DNA from: Clostridia bacterium
GTDB taxonomy: Bacteria; Bacillota; Clostridia; Christensenellales; Aristaeellaceae
Length of the DNA: 32,000 nt
Direction of reading: 5' to 3'
Assembly: GCA_030526225.1 (NCBI GenBank)
Contig: JAUNDF010000010.1
Coordinates: 1 to 32,000, forward strand
Shown: positions 7,239 through 16,419 of the stretch, piece by piece
Layout of the letters: each line of letters begins with the position of its first letter
Numbering within the stretch: the first letter of the stretch is position 1
Notes under the pieces: generated by a model
Databases searched by the model: none
The model's input: only the letters and a program-made list of their open reading frames with translations
What the model was told of the DNA's origin: nothing
Made by a program: the position numbers and the translations under genes

Positions 7239-8972
7239 TTACTTGCCCAGGGCATAGGCAGCGGCGTTGGTGCCGGCAATGCGGCCGAAGACCACGATGT
7301 CGCACACTGCGTTGCCGCCGATGCGGTTGCCGCCATGGACACCGCCGGTGACCTCGCCGGCTGCGAACAGACCGTCGATGATGCTGCCCTCGGTGTTGAT
7401 GACGTGGGTGTCGGTATCAATCTTCAGGCCGCCCATGGTGTGATGGATGCCGGGAGATACCTTGATGGCGTAGTAGGGAGCCTGGGACAGGTCCTCGTCG
7501 ATGCCGTTGTTGCGGCCGAATTCCTCATCCACACCGGCTGCCACGGCAGCGTTCCACTTTTCCATGGAAGCGGCGAAGGCAGCGGGATCAACGCCCATCT
7601 GCTCGGCCAGACCCTCGTAGGTATCAGCGGTCACGGTGAGGCCGCCGTTGATGTACTTGGCCGTGGACTTCTGATGGTCAACGATGCGCTGGTCGAAGAT
7701 GATCCAGGCGAAGGAGCCGGGCTGCTTCAGTTCAGCCTGAGAAACAGCATCGCGGGTGGACATGTCGTTGGTGAAGCGGACGCCGTCGGCATTAATCAGG
7801 ATAGCACCGGCAGAACGCAGGGACTCGGTGATGAGCATGCTGGTTTCCTGATGCACAGTGGGGTGCAGCTGAATCTGATCCATATCCACGGTATCGGCAC
7901 CGATGGCGGTGGCCAGGATGATGCCGTCGCCGTCAGCACCGGAGTGGTTGGTGGTCACAGCGCCGTTGAGGGAAGGATCGTAGGAGCACATCAGGTCGAA
8001 GTTGGCACCGAAGCCGCCGGTGGCAACGATGACAGCACCGGCACGGATGGTGTAGTCATGCTTCTTGTCATGGGCCACAGCGCCGACCACCTTGCCGTCC
8101 TCCACCAGCAGCTCGGTGGCTTCGGTGTTGGTCATGGGCTTGATGTTCAGCTGGTCGCAAACGGCCATCATCTTTTCCACCAGGAAGTTGCCCACAGCGC
8201 TGCCGTCTTCCGGCTCGTGCAGGTACTTGTGGGTGGTGCCGCCGGTGGGGGCAATCTTGGGCAGGGGAGCGCCGATTTCCTCCAGCCATGCAATGGCCTC
8301 GGCGGAGTTTTCAGCCATGGTGGTGACCAGGGCCAGATCGTTCTTCTGGTGGCCGCCGTTCATGGTGTCTTCAATAAAGGTTTCCACAGTGCTGTCGGTG
8401 ATGCCGGCAGCGGCCTGCAGGTGGGTGGAGGCAGCGTTCATGCCGCCGGTAGCCTTCAGGGTGTTGCCGCCCACAAAGGCCATCTGCTCGAGGACGATGA
8501 CGTTGGCGCCTTCCTGAGCGGCCTTTACGGCAGCGGTGAGGCCTGCGCCGCCTGCACCGATAATCAGCACGTCGCAGCTCAGCTCCTCAGCGGTGCGCTC
8601 GGTATCGCCGGCCTGTTCCTTCTTTACCTCGAAGGGGGTGGGGTCGATGCCGGCTTCAATCAGCGCGTTCTTGGCAGCCTCGCGGATGGCCACGCTGGTC
8701 AGGGTGGCATTGGTCACATCGTCAACGGCCAGGGTGTTGTATTCCACCATGTCTGCGGGCACAGACTCCGCAGCGGGGCCGCCGATGGAGGGGGTTTCGT
8801 TGTGGGAGATAACCTTCACGTCGTAGATGGTGTTTGCGTCGGCGGTCACTTCAACCACCACTTCGCCGCCGATGGGGCTGATGGCTGTGCCCTGGGCGGT
8901 GACACCCTCTGCGGTGGCAGTCATGCCGAAGAGCATGGATACTGCCAGAATGATGCCGAGGATCTTTTTCAT
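7239..8972 (-). CDS. Exported flavoprotein reductase with an N-terminal FMN-binding domain and a fumarate-reductase/urocanate-reductase-type FAD domain
   Basis: The start was moved to MKKILGIILAVSMLFGMTATA (cat at 8970-8972, aaggagg upstream). Flavinylation-type motif DDVTNAT at 8703-8723. FAD dinucleotide fold DVLIIGAGGAGLTAA. C-terminal GLFAAGEVTGGVHGGNRIGGNA. Stop TAA. Confidence 0.88.
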   Translation of the reverse strand: MKKILGIILAVSMLFGMTATAEGVTAQGTAISPIGGEVVVEVTADANTIYDVKVISHNETPSIGGPAAESVPADMVEYNTLAVDDVTNATLTSVAIREAAKNALIEAGIDPTPFEVKKEQAGDTERTAEELSCDVLIIGAGGAGLTAAVKAAQEGANVIVLEQMAFVGGNTLKATGGMNAASTHLQAAAGITDSTVETFIEDTMNGGHQKNDLALVTTMAENSAEAIAWLEEIGAPLPKIAPTGGTTHKYLHEPEDGSAVGNFLVEKMMAVCDQLNIKPMTNTEATELLVEDGKVVGAVAHDKKHDYTIRAGAVIVATGGFGANFDLMCSYDPSLNGAVTTNHSGADGDGIILATAIGADTVDMDQIQLHPTVHQETSMLITESLRSAGAILINADGVRFTNDMSTRDAVSQAELKQPGSFAWIIFDQRIVDHQKSTAKYINGGLTVTADTYEGLAEQMGVDPAAFAASMEKWNAAVAAGVDEEFGRNNGIDEDLSQAPYYAIKVSPGIHHTMGGLKIDTDTHVINTEGSIIDGLFAAGEVTGGVHGGNRIGGNAVCDIVVFGRIAGTNAAAYALGK

Positions 8973-9069
8973 TGGTTCTTCCTCCTTATCATACAGGAAA
9001 GATTTCATTACGATAAAAGTATAACAATCTCCGCCCAAGGGGTGAAATTCATTTTTATCATTATTACTA

Positions 9070-9097
9070 TTCCAAACCGGCATAACTATGGTATAAT
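9070..9097 (+). promoter_or_regulatory. Candidate promoter for the LysR gene in the divergent intergenic region
   Basis: TTCCAA, 16-nt spacer ending in TGg, TATAAT (9092-9097). Confidence 0.4.
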
Positions 9098-9178
9098 AGA
9101 GACAAATGACGCAGGAAATGGCCGGAAACGGCGTTTTTGACGGATTTCCCAAGGGGATTATGCGGAGGATAAGGCAAA

Positions 9179-10102
9179 ATGAATTCCAACGAGCTGAACT
9201 ATTTCCTGACCATCGCCCGGGAGGGCAGCCTGACCACGGCGGCTGAAAAGCTGTTTATCACCCAGCCCACGCTGACCAAATACATCCAGCGGCTGGAAAA
9301 GGATGTGGGGCTGACGCTGTTCCGCCGGGTGGGGAAAAAGCTGATGCTCACCTATGCCGGCGAGCGGTACAAAAGCTATGCCGAAAAGCTGGTGCAGCTT
9401 CAGCTGGACATGGATCTGGAGATGAACGATCTGCGGGAAAACGGCGTAACCCGGCTGCGGGTGGGCATTCCGCCCTTCCGGTGCAGCTATGTTCTGCCGT
9501 GGGTGCTGCCGGAATTCAAAAAGCTGCATCCCAATGTGCGCTTTGAGCTGATTGAGGATGCCAGCGCATCACTGGACAAGGCGCTGCTGCAGGGCGATAT
9601 CGATCTGGCCATCTACAATCTGTTCGAGCCCCTGCCCCAGCTGGATTACACCCTGCTGGAGCATGACCGGTTCTATGCTGTGCTGCCCCAGGGCCATCCG
9701 GTGAAGGACAAGGCGGTTTATCCCGAGGACGGCGGCCCCGGGGAGATTCCGCTGGAGCTGCTGCAGGACGAGATTTTCATCATCCAGAGCAGAAAGCAGC
9801 GGTCGGGGCAGTTTATCCATCAGCAGATGAAAAACATCAATTTCACGCCAAAGCGCATTCTGGAGAGCAGCAACATCCGTGCCGCGGGCCTTCTGGCGGC
9901 CAACGGCTACGGCGTGTCGTTTATGTGCGCCTCCCTGCTGCGGCGCTTTCAGGGGGCCAGCCGTTGCGATGTGTACCGCATTGCCGACTGCGACATGGCG
10001 CTGGATCTGGTGGCGGCCAGCCGCAAGGATGCCTATCTGCCTGTGTGCGCCCGTGATTTTATCGAGCTGGTGCGGGAATGCAACCTGCGCTCCCCGGATT
10101 GA
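9179..10102 (+). CDS. LysR-family transcriptional regulator
   Basis: N-terminal wHTH LNYFLTIAREGSLTTAAEKLFITQPTLTKYIQRLEKDVG plus a substrate-binding domain. Divergent from the reductase gene. Stop TGA. Confidence 0.9.
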   Translation: MNSNELNYFLTIAREGSLTTAAEKLFITQPTLTKYIQRLEKDVGLTLFRRVGKKLMLTYAGERYKSYAEKLVQLQLDMDLEMNDLRENGVTRLRVGIPPFRCSYVLPWVLPEFKKLHPNVRFELIEDASASLDKALLQGDIDLAIYNLFEPLPQLDYTLLEHDRFYAVLPQGHPVKDKAVYPEDGGPGEIPLELLQDEIFIIQSRKQRSGQFIHQQMKNINFTPKRILESSNIRAAGLLAANGYGVSFMCASLLRRFQGASRCDVYRIADCDMALDLVAASRKDAYLPVCARDFIELVRECNLRSPD

Positions 10103-10108
10103 TGCGGT

Positions 10109-10136
10109 TTGCAATTGCGGGGAATCATGGTATAAT
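10109..10136 (+). promoter_or_regulatory. Candidate sigma-A promoter (extended -10) for recD2
   Basis: TTGCAA (10109-10114), 16-nt spacer ending in TGg, TATAAT (10131-10136). Confidence 0.5.
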
Positions 10137-10171
10137 GCGGAACAGATTTTACGAAAAAGGAGGCTGCCGCC

Positions 10172-12424
10172 TTGGAGCATGTGTAGGCCGGTGTCACCGG
10201 GACCATCTATCGCAATGAGGACAACGGGTATACTATCCTGACTGCCCGGGCCGGGCGCAGCGAAATCACCGTGGTGGGGACGCTCCCTGCCCTGTCCCCG
10301 GGGGAGCAGTGCGTGTTCCATGGCGACTGGGTGGAGCATCCGCAGTATGGGCGGCAGCTGAAGTGCACGGGCTGTGAAATCAAAAAGCCCACCACCCTGC
10401 TGGGCATTGAGCGGTATCTGGGCTCGGGGCTGATTCGCGGCGTGGGCCCTTCCACCGCCAAGCAGATTGTGGAAACCTTCGGCGAGGAAACGCTGACCAT
10501 CCTCAGCGAGCATCCGGAGCGGCTGCAGGAGGTCCCCGGCATGGGGCGCAAGCGCTGGCGGGTGATTGCGGAAAACTTTCAGGAGCAGAACGCCATGCGG
10601 GAATCCATGGTGTTTCTGCAGTCCTACGGCATTTCCCCCAACCTGTCGGTAAAAATCAGCCGGCTGTACGGCGACAGGACCGCCGATGTGATTAAAAACA
10701 ACCCCTACCGCCTTTGCGAGGATTTGGAAGGCGTGGGCTTTCAGACGGCGGACCGCATCGGCATGGCCATCGGCATTGCCGCGGACAGCGAGTTCCGCAT
10801 CCAGTCGGCGCTGAAGTACATGCTGCGGGAGGCCTCCGTCTCCATGGGCCATGTGTATCTGCCCCTGCGGGAGCTGGTAACGAAAACCGCCCAGCTGCTG
10901 CGCACGGAGGAGGCGCTGGTATCCCGGCAGGTGAAAACGCTGATGCTGCGGCGGGACATCATCTGCAAGCAGGAGGAGGGCGAGGAGGACATCCGCGTGT
11001 ATCTCGCCGCCTTTGACAGCGCCGAGAGCGAGGTGGCCAAGCGCCTGTGCGAGCTGATTGCCTCCCTTGCCCGGGAAGAAAACCCCCAGGCGGAGCAGGA
11101 CATCGACCGGTTTGAAAAGCGCCACGGCATCCACTTTTCCGCCCAGCAGAGAAAGGCCATCACCATGGCCATGGAGATGGCCCTGAAAAACCAGATCGTG
11201 GTGATTACCGGCGGCCCCGGCACCGGCAAAACAACGATTATCAACTGCATCATCTCCCTGCTTTCGCGCGATGGGGAGGTGAAGCTGTGCGCCCCCACCG
11301 GCCGCGCCGCCAAGCGCATGACATAGGCCACCGGCGTGGAGTCGAAGACCATCCACCGCCTGCTGGAATACGGCGGGGACGACGGCGCCTTTGCCCGGGA
11401 TCAGGATAACCCCATCGAGGGCGACTGCGTGATTGTGGACGAGACCTCCATGGTGGATTTGATGCTGATGCGCTCCCTGCTGCGGGCCATTGAGCCGGGG
11501 ACAAAGCTGATTCTGGTGGGCGATGCCGACCAGCTGCCCAGCGTGGGCGCGGGCAATGTGCTGGGGGATATCCTCGACAGCGGCATTGTGCCTGTGTGCC
11601 GCCTGACGGACATCTACCGGCAGGATGAACAGAGCCGCATTGTGGTCAATGCCCACCGCATCAACCGCGGAGAAATGCCCCTGCTCAACGAAAAGGGCAC
11701 GGATTTCTTCTTCGAGCGCAAGGATTCCTTTGCCCAGACGGCCCAGACCATTGTGCAGCTGATGACCAAACGGCTGCCCGCGTTTTTGAAATTCCCGGAG
11801 GATGAAACTGCGGACCGCGCCGTCCGGAGCATACAGGTGCTGGCACCGGCGAAAAAGGGCGAGTGCGGCGTTCTGGTGCTCAACACCATGCTGCAGGAAG
11901 CCCTCAATCCCCCCGCGGCGGACAAGCCGTTTATCAAATACGGCGAAACCATCTTCCGCCTTGGGGACAAGGTGATGCAGACCAAAAACGACTACCAGAT
12001 TGAGTGGCGCAAGGAAAGCCGCCTTGGCTGGGAGGACGGCAAGGGCGTGTTCAACGGCGACGTGGGCTACATCACTGCGGTGGATGAGGAGGAGCACTGC
12101 CTCACGGTCCTCTTTGATGAGGAAAAGGAAGTGGTGTACCAGTCCGCTCAGCTGGAAAATCTGGATCTGGCCTACTGCCTGTCGGTGCACAAGAGCCAGG
12201 GCAGCGAGTTCCCGGTGGTGATTATGCCCGTGGTGGGCGGCTCCAGCATGCTTTTGACCAGAAACCTGTTCTACACCGCCCTGACCCGTGCGCGGAGTCT
12301 GGTGGTGCTGGTGGGCCGGGAGGAAATCATCCGGCAGATGACGCAGAACAATCACATTCAGAAGCGGTACACCTCTCTGGCAGGGCGGCTGCGCATGATG
12401 GGTGCGCTGCTGCCCAAAGAGTGA
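10172..12424 (+). CDS. recD2: RecD2-type ATP-dependent DNA helicase (750 codons) with two in-frame TAG codons
   Basis: TTG 10172 lies 9 nt after aaaaaggagg. The N-terminal GTIYRNEDNGYTIL motif lies between TAG 10184 and the first standard-code start. HhH region, Walker A ITGGPGTGKTT, APTGRAAKRMT[TAG]ATGVESKTIHRLL, and helicase motifs through SVHKSQGSEF. ORFs 10271..11326 and 11336..12424 share one frame. Stop TGA. Confidence 0.8.
10184..10186 (+). other. In-frame TAG (candidate sense codon), recD2 codon 5
   Basis: ttg gag cat gtg TAG gcc ggt gtc acc ggg acc atc tat cgc aat gag gac aac ggg. The conserved N-terminal peptide follows it. Confidence 0.55.
11324..11326 (+). other. In-frame TAG in recD2, at a position that is Glu in RecD2 homologs as I recall them
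   Basis: GRAAKRMT[TAG]ATGVESKTIHRLL, compared with the family pattern GRAAKR(L/M)(S/T)E.TG..A.TIHRLL recalled from memory. Confidence 0.65.
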
Positions 12425-13158
12425 GGCCCCGAAACCTCTGGCAGCGGCTGTCATCGGCGCTGTTGGGGTCGGTTTATCCCGATGACACGACCTGCCTTGT
12501 CTGCGGCGAAAGCCTGCCGGGCGAGGTGCTTTGCCCCGATTGCCGCAAAAGGCTGGATGCACTGCGCCTTTCAGGGGCTGTGTGTGACCGCTGCGGTCAT
12601 CCCCTGCCGCAGGGGGAGGCATGCCCCTTCTGTGCCGTCCATTTCCTGCCTGTGACGGCCCGCTCTGCATGGGCGCACAAGGATGAGGCACGGCGGCTGG
12701 TGCATCTGCTGAAGTTCCATCAGCAGGCAATTGCGGCGGATATCATGGCCCGGGCCGCGGCAGAAGCGGCCGGTGAAATGAACCTGTGCGCCGATACGGT
12801 GGTCACATGGGTCACCATGCCGGAAAGGCGAAAGCGGGAGCGGGGCATCGACCACGGCTATGAGCTTGCATCCCGCACGGCGGATTTGCTGGGGCTGCCC
12901 TGCCGTCAGCTGCTCCTTCGAAGGGACGGACGGCACGAAATCACCCAGCGGGGGCTGGACGGAGAACAGCGGGCGCAGAACCTTTCCGGTGCCTTCTCCT
13001 GCATGCCCATGAAGGGCGGCCATGTACTCCTGCTGGATGATGTGCTCACCACCGGCAGAACGGTGACCGTGTGCGCCCGGGCACTGCTGGAGGCCGGCTG
13101 TGAATCGGTCAGCGTGGTCACTGCCACCCGCGCCGTGGACAGGAAAACAGAACTGTAA
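12421..13158 (+). CDS. comFC: ComF-family protein (ComFC-like phosphoribosyltransferase)
   Basis: N-terminal Cys-rich zinc-finger region (CLVCG...CPDC...CDRCG...CPFC). C-terminal PRT motif VLLLDDVLTTGRT. GTG start overlaps the recD2 stop (GTGA). Stop TAA. Confidence 0.78.
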   Translation: MRPRNLWQRLSSALLGSVYPDDTTCLVCGESLPGEVLCPDCRKRLDALRLSGAVCDRCGHPLPQGEACPFCAVHFLPVTARSAWAHKDEARRLVHLLKFHQQAIAADIMARAAAEAAGEMNLCADTVVTWVTMPERRKRERGIDHGYELASRTADLLGLPCRQLLLRRDGRHEITQRGLDGEQRAQNLSGAFSCMPMKGGHVLLLDDVLTTGRTVTVCARALLEAGCESVSVVTATRAVDRKTEL

Positions 13159-13185
13159 TATTACAATAGGAAATGAGAGAACACC

Positions 13186-13710
13186 ATGTACGAGGGAAGA
13201 CTCATTCGTCTGCGCGCCTTTGAGCGCGGGGATGTGGATACGAACCACGCCTTTGTCAACGACTACGAAACGCTCAGGAGCATGATCAGCGGCATTCCGT
13301 TCCCGGCCTCCATGGAGGATGAATACCGCTGGCTGGACCAGCAGACCGGCTATTCCCGCGGGGAGTACCAGTTTGCGGTGGAGGATTTTGAGGGCTATCT
13401 GGTGGGCCGCTGCGGCATCACCCGGGTGGACTGGAAAAACGGTCTGGCCGAGCTGGCCATGATGATTGGCACGCCCTACCGGGGCCGGGGCTACGGCAGC
13501 GAAGCCATGGAGCTGCTGACGGACTTCTGCTTCCGGGAGATGAACCTGCACAAGCTGAAGGTCACCGTGTTTGCCTTCAACAAGGCGGCCATCCGCTGCT
13601 ACGAAAAGAACGGCTTTCATCAGGAGGGTCTGCTGAAGAAGGAAATCTTCCGCGACGGCGCATGGCAGGATGTGGTCATCATGGCCCGGTTCCGGGAAGA
13701 TGGCGTATAA
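13186..13710 (+). CDS. GNAT-family N-acetyltransferase (RimJ/RimL-like)
   Basis: IRLRAFERGD...RGRGYGSEAMELL...HKLKVTVFAFNKAAIRCYEKNGF is a typical GNAT core. Stop TAA. Confidence 0.85.
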   Translation: MYEGRLIRLRAFERGDVDTNHAFVNDYETLRSMISGIPFPASMEDEYRWLDQQTGYSRGEYQFAVEDFEGYLVGRCGITRVDWKNGLAELAMMIGTPYRGRGYGSEAMELLTDFCFREMNLHKLKVTVFAFNKAAIRCYEKNGFHQEGLLKKEIFRDGAWQDVVIMARFREDGV

Positions 13711-13735
13711 AAACAAAACGAATGCACCGCCGTGC

Positions 13736-13764
13736 TTGACATCCCATGAACCGCAAGGTATCAT
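13736..13764 (+). promoter_or_regulatory. Candidate sigma-A promoter for aspartate kinase. It overlaps a hairpin (13741-13769 plus a T-run) that may terminate the GNAT gene.
   Basis: TTGACA (13736-13741), 17-nt spacer, TATCAT (13759-13764). Inverted repeat atcccatga / tcatgggat followed by tgttttt. Confidence 0.45.
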
Positions 13765-13803
13765 GGGATTGTTTTTGATTTGATATCAGGAGGCACAAAG
13801 CCC

Positions 13804-15120
13804 ATGAAGAAGATTGTAACCAAGTTCGGCGGCAGCTCTCTGGCCAATGCCGCCCAGTTTGCCAAGGTGAAGGAAATCATCCTGCTGGACCCTGCGCGCC
13901 GCTATGTGGTGCCCTCTGCCCCCGGCAAGCGCTTTGACGGGGATGACAAGGTGACGGACCTGCTGTACCGCTGCCACCGTCAGGCCATGGAAGGGGAGAG
14001 CATTGCCGAGACCTTCGGCAAAATCCGCGCCCGCTATCAGGAAATCGTGGATGAGCTGAAGCTGACCGTGGACATCACCCCCGAGCTGGACGAGGTGGAA
14101 GCGCAGATTGCCGCCGGTGCCACTGCCGATTACTGCGCAAGCCGCGGCGAATACCTCAACGGCATCCTGCTGGCCAATTATCTGGGCTGGCGCTTCCTGG
14201 ATGCGGCCAAGGGCATCTGCTTTGATGAGGAAGGCCGCTTTGATGCCGACAAGACCAACACCATCATGTCTGCTCTGCTGTGCGATGACATGCCTGCCGT
14301 TGTCCCCGGCTTCTACGGTGCCAAGCCCAACCGGGAGATTCACACCTTCAGCCGCGGCGGCAGCGACATCACCGGCGCCATTGTGGCCCGTGCCGTCAAG
14401 GCCGACATGTACGAAAACTGGACGGATGTATCCGGCTTCCTGATGGCTGATCCCCGCGTGGTGGAGGCTCCCCGGGAGATTGCATCCATCACCTATTCCG
14501 AGCTGCGTGAGCTGAGCTACATGGGTGCCAGCGTGCTCCATGCCGATGCCATGTTCCCCGTGCAGCGGGCCGGCATCCCCACCAACATCCGCAACACCAA
14601 CAACCCCAATCATCCCGGCACCATGATTGCCGTGCATCAGCCCCATGACGAGAGCCACCCCACCATCACCGGCATCGCCGGCCGCAAGGGCTTCTCCACC
14701 ATCAACGTGGAAAAGGCCATGATGAACAGCGAGCTGGGCTTTGGCCGCAAGGTCCTGCAGGTGATTGAGGAGGAGGGCCTGTCCTTTGAGCATATGCCCA
14801 CCGGCATCGACACCCTGTGCGTGGTGGTGGAAAGCAAGGAGCTGCAGCCCAAGCGGGACGAAATCGTCCGCCGCATTGTGGAGCTGACCGGCGCCGATAC
14901 CATCTCCATTCATGAAAACCTGTCTGTCATTGCCACCGTCGGCCGCGGCATGGTCAACAACTGCGGTACGGCCGCGCGGCTGTTCTCTGCCATGTCCCGG
15001 GCGGGCATCAACGTGCGCATGATTGATCAGGGCTCCAGCGAGCTTTCCATTATTGTGGGTGTGGATGATGATGATTTTGAGACCACCATCCGTGCCATCT
15101 ACCGCGAGTTTGTGGGCTGA
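13804..15120 (+). CDS. lysC: Aspartate kinase
   Basis: MKKIVTKFGGSSLANA is the amino-acid kinase N-terminus, and ACT-like domains lie at the C-terminus. AGGAGG lies 10 nt upstream. Stop TGA. Confidence 0.9.
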   Translation: MKKIVTKFGGSSLANAAQFAKVKEIILLDPARRYVVPSAPGKRFDGDDKVTDLLYRCHRQAMEGESIAETFGKIRARYQEIVDELKLTVDITPELDEVEAQIAAGATADYCASRGEYLNGILLANYLGWRFLDAAKGICFDEEGRFDADKTNTIMSALLCDDMPAVVPGFYGAKPNREIHTFSRGGSDITGAIVARAVKADMYENWTDVSGFLMADPRVVEAPREIASITYSELRELSYMGASVLHADAMFPVQRAGIPTNIRNTNNPNHPGTMIAVHQPHDESHPTITGIAGRKGFSTINVEKAMMNSELGFGRKVLQVIEEEGLSFEHMPTGIDTLCVVVESKELQPKRDEIVRRIVELTGADTISIHENLSVIATVGRGMVNNCGTAARLFSAMSRAGINVRMIDQGSSELSIIVGVDDDDFETTIRAIYREFVG

Positions 15121-15142
15121 TATATCTGTAAAATTTCTTCAG

Positions 15143-15180
15143 CGGAGCGCCTGAAACATGGTGCTCCGTTTGTGTGTTTG
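15143..15180 (+). terminator. Rho-independent terminator after lysC
   Basis: cggagcgcc / ggtgctccg stem followed by tttgtgtgttt. Confidence 0.65.
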
Positions 15181-15204
15181 ATATGATAAAAGGGGGAAAT
15201 GATG

Positions 15205-15966
15205 ATGCAGGTGACGTGGCAGATGTATGTGATTGTACTGCCGCTGATTTTCTTTGCCAGCTTTGTGGATTCCGTGGCCGGGGGCGGCGGATTAATCAGC
15301 CTGCCGGCATATTATCTGGCGGGGCTGAACCCCTATCTGGCGGCGGGCACCAACAAGCTGTCTGCCTGTGTGGGCACGGTGGCCTCCTGCGGCAAGTACA
15401 TCGCCAGCGGCAAGGCCAGCCTGAAGGTGGGCATACTGGCGGCGGTGATGGCGCTCCCCGGCAGCTGGCTGGGAACGCTGCTGCAGCTGCGCATCCCGGA
15501 GCAGACCGTGCGCATCATGATGCTGTGCCTGATTCCCGTGGTGGCGGCGGTGGTGCTGACCAACAAAAACAAGGAACAGCGCCATGCGGCGGTGCCGGAG
15601 AAGTACTTTATGGCAGCTGCGGCGGCCATCGGTCTGGTCATCGGCTTCTATGACGGCTTGGTGGGTCCCGGTACCGGCACGTTCCTGATTATCCTGTTTA
15701 CCATGCTGCTGGGCATGGACGGCGTGCTGGCCTCCGGCACGGCCAAGATGGTGAATCTTGCCAGCAATGTGGCGGCACTGGTGACCTACCTGACCGCCGG
15801 CAAGGTGCTGCTGGCCCTGGGTATCCCCGCGGCCTTCTGCTCGGTGATGGGCGGCCTGCTGGGGGCAAAGATGACCATCAGCAAGGGCGCGGGCTTTGTG
15901 CGCCGGATGATGCTGGTGGTGCTGGCCCTGCTGCTTGCCAAAATGCTGTTTGATGTGGTATCATAA
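15205..15966 (+). CDS. TauE/SafE (DUF81) family sulfite/anion exporter
   Basis: Polytopic membrane protein with the FVDSVAGGGGLISLP and GFYDGLVGPGTGTF signatures. Of three consecutive ATGs (15199, 15202, 15205), the third has the best spacing from GGGGG (15192-15196). Stop TAA. Confidence 0.85.
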   Translation: MQVTWQMYVIVLPLIFFASFVDSVAGGGGLISLPAYYLAGLNPYLAAGTNKLSACVGTVASCGKYIASGKASLKVGILAAVMALPGSWLGTLLQLRIPEQTVRIMMLCLIPVVAAVVLTNKNKEQRHAAVPEKYFMAAAAAIGLVIGFYDGLVGPGTGTFLIILFTMLLGMDGVLASGTAKMVNLASNVAALVTYLTAGKVLLALGIPAAFCSVMGGLLGAKMTISKGAGFVRRMMLVVLALLLAKMLFDVVS

Positions 15967-16020
15967 TCAGATAGAATAAGCCCAAATTGGGCTTGTCAGG
16001 ATGTTTGGGAGGTGTGTCGG

Positions 16021-16419
16021 ATGGCGCGGGAAAACCGCATCACCCTGTGTCTGCCGGGGCAGGCCGATCATTCACTGGTGCTTCGCACCATGGTAGGCGG
16101 CGTGGCCTATCTGTATGACCTGAGCGTGGATGACATGGATGATCTTCGCGCCGCCGCGGATGAGGCCTTCGACTGCCTGCTGCATCAGGGCAGCACGGTG
16201 GAAAGCATCACCACCGACATTCTCCGGGAGGATGGCCGCGTATCAGCATTGCTGACGGCTGCCTTCGGGGAAAAGCAAACATCCGCCCCCGGCGAAGAGG
16301 AGAACGAAATCTCGCTGGCGGTACTGAAAACCATCATGCCCGATGTACAGCTGACCGTGGACGGGGAGGGCCGGATTGCGGCCATCCGCCTGACGCTTTC
16401 CACCGGGAGGGCATCATGA
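16021..16419 (+). CDS. Small SpoIIAB/RsbW-like anti-sigma-factor-like protein with a degenerate ATPase N-box
   Basis: ATG 16021 lies 8 nt after GGGAGG. AADEAFDCLLHQG resembles the anti-sigma kinase box E-A-x-x-N-A-x-x-H-G, but Cys replaces the Asn. The stop overlaps the sigma-factor start (ATGA). Confidence 0.45.
   Translation: MARENRITLCLPGQADHSLVLRTMVGGVAYLYDLSVDDMDDLRAAADEAFDCLLHQGSTVESITTDILREDGRVSALLTAAFGEKQTSAPGEEENEISLAVLKTIMPDVQLTVDGEGRIAAIRLTLSTGRAS

Noticed and set aside
9569-12730. Very long antisense ORFs: 9569..12730 (-) at 1053 aa, 3848..5398 (-), 7218..9140 (+), 23598..25895 (-), 21841..23613 (-), 17139..18407 (-), 29623..31206 (+), 26557..27582 (+), 5316..6158 (+) and 13786..14913 (-).
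   Set aside because: They are shadow ORFs of GC-rich genes on the opposite strand. Their products are low-complexity and rich in G, A, H, R, L and Q, with no recognisable motifs, no RBS, and complete overlap with well-supported conserved genes.
13711-13803. Possible lysine riboswitch (L-box) upstream of aspartate kinase.
   Set aside because: The intergenic region is only about 90 nt and is taken up by a promoter/terminator hairpin. That is too short for an L-box of about 180 nt.
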